NCBI GenBank assembly: GCA_016202435.1
Contig: JACQOR010000081.1
Location: 1 to 53,545 of the forward strand
Reading direction: 5' to 3'
From: Chloroflexota bacterium
GTDB taxonomy: Bacteria > Chloroflexota > UBA6077 > SHYK01
Length of the DNA: 53,545 nucleotides
Shown in pieces: positions 46,892 through 53,545 of the stretch. Each line of letters begins with the position of its first letter. Positions within the stretch are counted from its first letter, which is position 1. The notes below the pieces were generated by a model that searched no databases, had not been told where the DNA came from, and worked only from the letters and a program-made list of their open reading frames with translations. A program made the position numbers and the translations under genes.

Positions 46892-48640
46892 GTGCACACT
46901 GCACGAGCCCGCTCCGATGCGCCCCGACCTGCGGTCACGGTGGCGGACGCCCTGCGGCTCGCGTTGCCGCCCGCTACCCGTGTCGCCGAAGGTCACGACC
47001 ACCTGCGCCGCGCAGTGAGCTGGATTCGACTCTTCGTGACCCGCCCCTATCAATTGGGCGCCCTGGAGCCAGACGCCCTGGTCGTCCTGTCACTACGGGG
47101 GCTCAATTCAGGTACCCAGACTCAACGTTTTCCTCGCCTCGTCGAAACTCTCGCCTCGGCAAGGGTGTCCGCGATTGTCTTGACTGAAGAGTCGTCATCG
47201 ATCTGCGAAGCCGCAAGAGCCTATGACACCCTGTCCGTCCTCGTCCTCCCCCGGGATGCTTCCCTCCAGGAAATCGAACGTGCAGTGATCGCACTCATCT
47301 TGGACCGGTCTAGCCAGGTCGAGCGGCGCGTGACAGAGGTTTATGAGCAGTTGATTCACCTGGCCCTGCGAGACTCTCCGTTAGCTGTGCTCGCCAGCGC
47401 GCTGGCTGACGCTTCCGAGCGGGTCATTTACCTGGAAGATGAGTATGGAGCTCTCCAGGCGCTGGAGGTACCCCCCGATTTCGGGCCGCGGGGACTCCCT
47501 TCTCCCGAGGAGGCCGCTCTCCTGTATTCGGCGCGGGACGTTCTGGGTATCTCACCTGCAACGCCCGCCGGTCCCGCTCGCTCAATCCCTCCGCTACAGA
47601 GGATTCTGGCGGACGGCGAGCACGCCGTCTGCTCAGCTCCGATTACCCTGGGCGATGCAGTGGTTGGCTTTCTGACGATTCTCGGTAGCATTGAGGATAT
47701 CCAGGATCTGGATGAATATCTGGTGGTGCGATGCGCGTCGGCGTTCGCGATCCCCATCGCCAGGCAACGGGCCATCATCGAGACTCAGACGCGGCTCCAG
47801 GGCAGCTTCCTAGAAGGCCTGTTCTCCGGCAATCTGCACAACGAAGATGACCTCCTGGAACGCGCTCGCTACCTCGGCCACGACCTCCGGGATCGCTACG
47901 GCACCGCCTGCCTCGTGCTCGATGACCGGGCAGGACCGCGTGGCGTGCGCACATCGGAAAGCCAGAGAGCGGCCACTTGGGCATCCTTCCTCGATTCCGC
48001 ACGTCGAGAGATCTCGCAAGTGTGGCCGCGCGCCCTGCTGAAGGACCGGGGAGCTACCCTCGCGATTGTCGTCCCGTCTGAAAGCGATGAGGCTGCCACT
48101 AGAGCATCTCTTGAGCGGATCCGCGCCGGGCTCAGCGACGCCGTATCAGAAGCCGCGGTGACCTGTGGCATCGGCCCGGTAGCAACTGGTCCAGCGGAGA
48201 TCGTGCGATCCTATCTGCAGGCCGAACAGGCCGCCCGGATCGGCGCTCAGTTCCTCGGGGGTGACCAAACCGTTGCTTTCGGGGAATTGGGTGCCTACCG
48301 TCTCCTGGCTAGCGTCGAGAATCAACAGGCGCTAGATGGCTTCTACGAGGAGTATCTCGGGGCCATTGAAGGTTACGACGCTCGCTACAACGGTGAATTG
48401 GTAGAGACCCTCGAGGGATTCTTCTCGGCTAACGGCAATCATGCCCGCGCCGCTGATGGGCTACATCTGCACCGCAACACCCTGCTGTATCGCCTCGCTC
48501 GCATCGAAGCGCTGACCGGCCGTGACCTCGGCGACCCTGAAACGCGTCTCTGCCTGCAGCTTGCTCTGAAAATTCGGCATCTCGGTACCCGCAAGTCCGT
48601 GCCGAAGCTTGCGCCGATCATCGAAAGGAATGGCTCATGA
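46892..48640 (+). CDS. PucR/CdaR-family transcriptional regulator
   Basis: N-terminal PucR-like domain (VAEG...LRRAVSW); C-terminal LVETL..F...GN...AA..LHLHRNTL.YRL.RI..LTG.DL; promoter TTGTTT-N17-TAGGAT at 46858-46886. Confidence 0.93.
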   Translation: MHTARARSDAPRPAVTVADALRLALPPATRVAEGHDHLRRAVSWIRLFVTRPYQLGALEPDALVVLSLRGLNSGTQTQRFPRLVETLASARVSAIVLTEESSSICEAARAYDTLSVLVLPRDASLQEIERAVIALILDRSSQVERRVTEVYEQLIHLALRDSPLAVLASALADASERVIYLEDEYGALQALEVPPDFGPRGLPSPEEAALLYSARDVLGISPATPAGPARSIPPLQRILADGEHAVCSAPITLGDAVVGFLTILGSIEDIQDLDEYLVVRCASAFAIPIARQRAIIETQTRLQGSFLEGLFSGNLHNEDDLLERARYLGHDLRDRYGTACLVLDDRAGPRGVRTSESQRAATWASFLDSARREISQVWPRALLKDRGATLAIVVPSESDEAATRASLERIRAGLSDAVSEAAVTCGIGPVATGPAEIVRSYLQAEQAARIGAQFLGGDQTVAFGELGAYRLLASVENQQALDGFYEEYLGAIEGYDARYNGELVETLEGFFSANGNHARAADGLHLHRNTLLYRLARIEALTGRDLGDPETRLCLQLALKIRHLGTRKSVPKLAPIIERNGS

Positions 48641-49998
48641 CCCTCTCAGACCAAGATGAAGACATCCGAGCTGACGTGCTGGCGCGCGGTGAGCGCGACC
48701 AGGTCAAATTCGTGAGCTTGCATTTCACCGACATCGTAGGCGCAGCTAAGAGCGTCACGATTCCTTTCCACAAGCTCAAGGATGCCGAGGACCACGGCGT
48801 TTGGTTTGATGGTTCCGCGATCGAGGGGTTCGCTCGTATCCACGAGAGCGACATGTACTTGGATCCGGACCTGAGGACGTTCTCCATCATTCCTTGGGAG
48901 GGCAAGGAGAATACGACCGCGCGGGTGGTGTGCAACGTCTTCACGCCAGATGGTGAGGAGTTCGCCGGGGATCCGCGGCACGTGCTTCGGCGGGCCATGG
49001 CGGAAGCGAATCGTCTGGGGTTCGTGTTTCAGACGAGTCCAGAGCTTGAGTTCTTTCTTGTCAGGGCCGATCACGAGTCTGTCGGAAGCGGCGTTTTTGG
49101 TCCGGATCGAGCGGGCTATTTCGATGCGACTCAGGACGAGTTGGCGAACCTGCGCAAGGAGATCGTGACTGATCTGGAAGAGATGGGCATCATGGTCGAC
49201 GCCAGCCATCACGAAGTCGCCTACGGTCAGCACGAGATTGACCTTCGTTACGCGGACGCCCTGCGCACAGCCGACAACACCATGGCAGCGAAGACCGCCG
49301 TCAAAGCGCTCGCTCAGCGCCACGGGCTTACCGCTACGTTCATGCCGAAGCCCTTCCTGGGAATGAGCGGCTCCGGTATGCACATTCATCAGAGCCTGGC
49401 TGGTCTGCAGGACGGCACAAATCTGTTCTACGACACCGACGATGAGTACGAGATCTCACAGGTAGCGCGCCATTTCGCAGCGGGTCAGCTCGCTCATGCT
49501 CCGGGGATGTGCGCTATCCTGGCGCCGCTCGTCAACTCGTACAAACGTCTGGTGCCCGGCTTTGAGGCTCCGGGCTATATCAGTTGGGCGCGAATCAATC
49601 GTTCGGCATTGCTTCGCGTCCCGAGAGTGAACCGGCGGCGACCGGAATCGGCCCGCATCGAGCTACGGTGTCCCGATCCGAGCTGCAACCCCTATCTCGC
49701 TTTTGCGGTCATGCTCGCGGCCGGCTTGGATGGGATCCATCACCAAATGCCACTCCCGAACGCCGTGGAGGAAGACCTCTTTCAGCTGGATGACCCCGCG
49801 CTTGCTGGCCGCGGGCTCGGACCCCTGCCGACATCGCTGGAGCAGGCGCTGCAAGAGCTGGAACGGGATCAGGTGATCCTGGACGCTCTAGGGGAGCACG
49901 TGGCGGAATGGTTCATCGAGGCGAAGCGGCGGGAATGGGCAGAGTACCGGACCCAGATCAGCCAGTGGGAATGGGAGCGGTACTTGGAGTCCTGCTAG
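48637..49998 (+). CDS. glnA: Glutamine synthetase type I family protein (GS or gamma-glutamylamine ligase)
   Basis: FTDIVG, FDGS.IEGF.RI.ESD, ELEFF, HHEV..GQHEI, FMPKP...GSGMH.HQS, YKRLVPG.EAP, RIELRCPD. Confidence 0.9.
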   Translation: MTLSDQDEDIRADVLARGERDQVKFVSLHFTDIVGAAKSVTIPFHKLKDAEDHGVWFDGSAIEGFARIHESDMYLDPDLRTFSIIPWEGKENTTARVVCNVFTPDGEEFAGDPRHVLRRAMAEANRLGFVFQTSPELEFFLVRADHESVGSGVFGPDRAGYFDATQDELANLRKEIVTDLEEMGIMVDASHHEVAYGQHEIDLRYADALRTADNTMAAKTAVKALAQRHGLTATFMPKPFLGMSGSGMHIHQSLAGLQDGTNLFYDTDDEYEISQVARHFAAGQLAHAPGMCAILAPLVNSYKRLVPGFEAPGYISWARINRSALLRVPRVNRRRPESARIELRCPDPSCNPYLAFAVMLAAGLDGIHHQMPLPNAVEEDLFQLDDPALAGRGLGPLPTSLEQALQELERDQVILDALGEHVAEWFIEAKRREWAEYRTQISQWEWERYLESC

Positions 49999-50057
49999 AC
50001 GGCCAGGCTGGGTGGAAGCGAGTTTGCCGGGCCTCCAGGGTTTCCGTCCCTCGCAGA

Positions 50058-50783
50058 TCAAACCTGACCAATGTGTACCGTCACGGAGCCGAACCCGAGC
50101 CGATTGAAACGTACGTTGCGAAAGCCAACGCTGCGCAGCATCGTTGCCAGCTCCACGGCTGTTGGCAAGGGACCCAACGAGGCGGGCAGGTACCGATAGG
50201 CCGCCCACTCGCCCGAGAGCGCCCCGCCAATCACGGGAACGACTTGCTGGAACCACCAACCGGCCAGACCGCCAAGCGCATTGGACGGGGGATGGGTCAC
50301 CTCCAACGCGATCACCCAGCCGGCCGGCTTCAGGACGCGCCGCATTTCGGCCAGCCCGGCACCCAGATCCGAGAGATTGCGCAGCAAGAACGCGCTGCTT
50401 ACCCGATCGAAGCTTTCGTTGGGGAACGGCAGGCGGAGCACGTCAGCTTGCACCAGTTCCAGGGCGGCGCCGGACTTCTTCCGTCGAAACTTTTGCTGTG
50501 CCGCGAGGAGCATGGACTGGGAGAAATCCACTCCAACGACCAGTTGAGCGCCCGCCCGTTCGAACTGAATAGCAAGATCTCCGGTGCCAGTGGCCAGATC
50601 GAGCACCGAGGTTCCGGCGGGCTGCGAGACTCGCGCGGCAAAGCGGCGCCACCGACGATGCTGGCCCAGGGACATCACGTCATTGACGAGATCGTACCGG
50701 CTAGCTACCCGGTCAAACATCGCCCGCACCTGTGCGCCCCGCTCGCCTTGGGGCGGAACGAAACCCGTGGCGTCCGGGTTCAC
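50058..50783 (-). CDS. menG: Demethylmenaquinone/ubiquinone methyltransferase (MenG/UbiE)
   Basis: MFDRVA.RYD..N..MSLG..R.WR, LDLATGTGD, LPF...SFD, RVLKP, AY.YL..S. Confidence 0.9.
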   Translation of the reverse strand: MNPDATGFVPPQGERGAQVRAMFDRVASRYDLVNDVMSLGQHRRWRRFAARVSQPAGTSVLDLATGTGDLAIQFERAGAQLVVGVDFSQSMLLAAQQKFRRKKSGAALELVQADVLRLPFPNESFDRVSSAFLLRNLSDLGAGLAEMRRVLKPAGWVIALEVTHPPSNALGGLAGWWFQQVVPVIGGALSGEWAAYRYLPASLGPLPTAVELATMLRSVGFRNVRFNRLGFGSVTVHIGQV

Positions 50784-50849
50784 GGGCGGCCGCGGCTCGG
50801 ATTGTGGGAGGCGCAGGAAGTCAGAGAATCACCGACATGGTGCAGCGCC

Positions 50850-51908
50850 CTACGAGAGACTTACCTCGTCGTCCTCAGTGACTCCCTCACCTACGGCGAC
50901 CCGGAGCGGCATGGCACCAACTGCCGCCGCGCGAATCTGCTGCTCGATCTCATCAGCCATTTCGGGATTCCGCTTCAGGTATTCCTTCGCGTTCTCTCGG
51001 CCCTGGCCCAAACGCGTATCGGCAAACGAGTAGAAGGCACCGGTCTTGTGGATGATTTCGAGCTCCGTGCCTACGTCGAGCAAGCCACCGGTCCGGGAGA
51101 TGCCCTCGTTGTACATGATGTCGAACTCGGCCACTCGGAAGGGTGCAGCCACCTTGTTCTTCACCACGCGGACCCGCGTCCGGTTGCCGATAACGCTGGT
51201 CCCCTGTTTGATCGAGTCCGTGCGGCGAATGTCAAGACGCAACGAAGCGTAGAACTTGAGGGAACGGCCGCCGGGAGTAGTTTCCGGGTTGCCGAACATC
51301 ACGCCGATCTTCTCTCGCAGTTGATTGGTGAAGATCATCGACGTCCGAGAGCGACTGATGGCTCCGGTCAGCTTGCGGAGCGCCTGGGACATGAGTCGGG
51401 CCTGCAAGCCCATGTGGGCGTCGCCCATCTCCCCTTCGAGCTCGGCGCGTGGCACGAGGGCCGCCACCGAATCCACGCACACCACGTCCACCGCGCCGCT
51501 GCGTACCAGGGCCTCGGCAATCTCCAGGGCCTGTTCTCCGGTGTCTGGTTGCGAGACCAGCAGGTCGTCGATCTTGACGCCGCAGTTCTGCGCGTAAATC
51601 GGGTCTAGGGCATGCTCAGTATCGATGAGCGCTGCCACCCCTCCCGTCGCCTGGGCCTGGGCCATGATGTGCTGCACCAGTGTCGTCTTGCCGGAAGACT
51701 CTGGGCCGAAGATCTCGGTCACTCGCCCCCGGGGGATGCCACCTACGCCCAGGGCCAGGTCGAGAGAGATCGATCCAGTTGGGATGACTTCGATGGCGAG
51801 CCACGCTGGTGCGTCGCCCAGACGCATGACGGCGCCCTTGCCAAAGCTCCGCTCGATATGGTTCAACGCCATGTCGAGGGCGCGCTGTCTATCAGCATCC
51901 AACGACAT
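50850..51908 (-). CDS. recA: Recombinase A
   Basis: [45 protein letters not shown]. Confidence 0.99.
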   Translation of the reverse strand: MSLDADRQRALDMALNHIERSFGKGAVMRLGDAPAWLAIEVIPTGSISLDLALGVGGIPRGRVTEIFGPESSGKTTLVQHIMAQAQATGGVAALIDTEHALDPIYAQNCGVKIDDLLVSQPDTGEQALEIAEALVRSGAVDVVCVDSVAALVPRAELEGEMGDAHMGLQARLMSQALRKLTGAISRSRTSMIFTNQLREKIGVMFGNPETTPGGRSLKFYASLRLDIRRTDSIKQGTSVIGNRTRVRVVKNKVAAPFRVAEFDIMYNEGISRTGGLLDVGTELEIIHKTGAFYSFADTRLGQGRENAKEYLKRNPEMADEIEQQIRAAAVGAMPLRVAVGEGVTEDDEVSLS

Positions 51909-51955
51909 GCTGCCCGACCCCCACGAGGTGCTTGACGCCGCGCGTCAGCCGCTCA

Positions 51956-51983
51956 ATGATAGCACATGCGTTCTATTCGTCAA
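51956..51983 (-). promoter_or_regulatory. recA promoter with LexA (SOS) box
   Basis: Minus strand TTGACG-N16-TATCAT, with AGAAC-GCAT-GTGCT (51974-51961; GAAC-N4-GTTC type) spanning the spacer. Confidence 0.8.
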
Positions 51984-52474
51984 GCCCCCGCGAGACTTTC
52001 GACGAGCAGCTCCAGGGCCGCTCGGACGCCAGCCTCCCGGACCTCAGCTCGCGAGCCGGGCCATACGTCGCGGCGGATCCGTGTCCCTCCGGGCGTCGCG
52101 ACTGCCACGTAGACCAAGCCTACTGGTTTTTCGGCCGACCCACCACCGGGGCCCGCGATTCCGGTGACTCCTATGCCCACGGCGGCCCGCATGCGGTCCC
52201 GAACGCCCTCCGCCATGGCTCGAGCCACCGGTTCGCTCACGGCGCCGTGCTGCTGAATCAGTGAGGAAGCCACGCCGACGAGCTGCTCTTTCACCTCGTT
52301 GGCGTATGAGACGATTCCACCCTTCACGTAGTCCGACGAGCCGGGGATCGCCGTCAACGCTCCGGCGAGCAAGCCACCGGTACAGCTTTCCGCCACGGCC
52401 AGGTCGAATCCGCGAGTTCTGAGTGCCTCACCTGCCACCGCGGCCAGCCGCTCCGCGTCAGTGAAGCCGGACAC
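51980..52474 (-). CDS. CinA C-terminal domain protein (NMN deamidase, PncC)
   Basis: [30 protein letters not shown]...KPVGLV. Confidence 0.95.
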   Translation of the reverse strand: MSGFTDAERLAAVAGEALRTRGFDLAVAESCTGGLLAGALTAIPGSSDYVKGGIVSYANEVKEQLVGVASSLIQQHGAVSEPVARAMAEGVRDRMRAAVGIGVTGIAGPGGGSAEKPVGLVYVAVATPGGTRIRRDVWPGSRAEVREAGVRAALELLVESLAGA

Positions 52475-52480
52475 GCACCG

Positions 52481-53254
52481 CTAGCCGACGATCCAGGTAG
52501 CCTCGGCCGCCTGCCCCCGCTGGCCGAGAGGACCCTGCGGGACCCCGTTTACCGAGATCTCGATCCCCGCGGCGTTACCCACTCGGAGCCTGATCCCTTG
52601 CCTGCCACTGAACGTCCGCAGCGTGCCACTGGGCAGTGTCTCGGCTAGAGCCGGATTGCCGTCCACCCACACCTGCACCCAGCTTCGCTCGGTCGTGCGC
52701 GCCTCCAGCAGCAGGCCGGTCACCGGCGTGGGCGAGGGGAGTGACGTCGGGGGCGGAGGACTTGTCGCGGTCGGGAACGGGGTCAGCAGCGCCGATACGC
52801 TCCGTCCGGTCTGCGTGGGGAGGGCCGGGGCGGTCACCGCGCCTCCTCCGGCCTCGAGGCTGCGCGCCAGAGAATTGTATTGCGCCTGCAGGTAGGCAAA
52901 AAGCCCAACGCCGGTGGCGACCACGAGCACGGTGACGATAGCTTTGAGAGAAACGATAGGAGGCCGATCCATAGCAGGCAAAGCCGGCCGCACGATATCC
53001 CGTTCGACTGGCCGGGCACGTCCGTAGCGAGCGAGCAGCTCCGTCGGGTCAAGGCCCAGCAACGCGGCATACTGCCGAATCAGGGCCCGCGCGTACACTC
53101 CGGGCGGGAGTGCCGCGTAGTCATCCGCTTCGAGCGCCTGGAGGTATCTCTGGCTCACGCGGAGCGTCTGCTGAACGTCCGCCAAGCTGAGCGCCTTCTC
53201 TCCACGAGCTTGCCGCAGTAGCGCTCCGATGGAGGGCCCCAGGCCGGCGTCCAA
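52481..53254 (-). CDS. RodZ-like HTH/TM/DUF4115 protein
   Basis: IG.LLRQAR...YL.ALE....LP..VY....R.YA..LGL HTH, TM, Pro/Thr linker, SWV...DG...GNA.G.....NG domain. Confidence 0.88.
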   Translation of the reverse strand: MDAGLGPSIGALLRQARGEKALSLADVQQTLRVSQRYLQALEADDYAALPPGVYARALIRQYAALLGLDPTELLARYGRARPVERDIVRPALPAMDRPPIVSLKAIVTVLVVATGVGLFAYLQAQYNSLARSLEAGGGAVTAPALPTQTGRSVSALLTPFPTATSPPPPTSLPSPTPVTGLLLEARTTERSWVQVWVDGNPALAETLPSGTLRTFSGRQGIRLRVGNAAGIEISVNGVPQGPLGQRGQAAEATWIVG

Positions 53255-53545
53255 CTATCCAACTCCAGGGTGTGAAGCTTGCGTCACGTTTGCGATGCGA
53301 TCCCAGAGGTCGTGGCGACCGCGCCTATGATACCTAAACCCGGCCTCACGACTTTTCCAAACCTGACAGACTGACACCCTCCGGTCCACGGGCGCGCGCA
53401 CCGGGTTGGAGCTCCAATTCCTACCGGTTTCCGACGCGCGTCGGACGGTCCGCGTACTCCGGGCTCCTAATCATTCTTGCGTCCGCACTGGTGCGTAACG
53501 GGGGAAGTTCGCTGGCGTTTTCTTACGGCTGTTGCCCTGGCGTCC

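Noticed and set aside
49908-51608. 566-aa plus-strand ORF
   Set aside because: Antisense shadow of recA and menG; no recognisable motifs; expected in high-GC DNA.
1-53545. CRISPR arrays, transposases, prophage genes, rRNA
   Set aside because: I saw no regularly spaced direct repeats or matching protein/RNA motifs on reading; a subtle short array cannot be fully excluded without software.

Overview
A GC-rich, gene-dense bacterial chromosome segment made mostly of core genes. I infer Chloroflexota from the GAAC-N4-GTTC-type SOS box, archaeal/eukaryote-type ProRS, PyrR attenuator, YfhO and ccmF-ccmH layout. In order, the window holds: a decayed MFS remnant; a system-I cytochrome c maturation cluster (CopD-like, ccmF, ccmH, CcmI-like/beta-propeller fusion, exported beta-sandwich protein); tRNA-Leu(TAG); a divergent TGT homolog; UDG; ftsK; yfhO; rplU-rpmA-rpmE; XRE-DUF2851-small Cys-rich gene; nnr and acpS; a second XRE gene; alr; proS and a HEAT-repeat gene; an oppDF pair with no permease or binding protein; moxR-DUF58-transglutaminase; secA; an HDAC-family gene; ftsH; ftsB-like and TolB-like genes; a pyr operon (pyrR-pyrB-pyrC-carA-carB-broken pyrK/pyrD) with a PyrR attenuator; pucR-like and glnA-like genes; menG/ubiE; recA with a LexA box; cinA/pncC; rodZ-like. 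I saw no CRISPR array, transposase, integrase or phage genes. Highlights: (1) an intact TGT paralog that appears to have lost its catalytic and base-binding residues but kept the Zn site and dimer-interface residues, a candidate bacterial analogue of the non-catalytic eukaryotic subunit QTRT2; (2) a pyrK/pyrD deletion fusion plus an ACG codon at the expected pyrC start; (3) an operator-flanked XRE-DUF2851-Cys-rich module; (4) a His-rich propeller and a CopD-like gene inside the ccm cluster. All family calls come from recognising motifs by eye; no searches were run.
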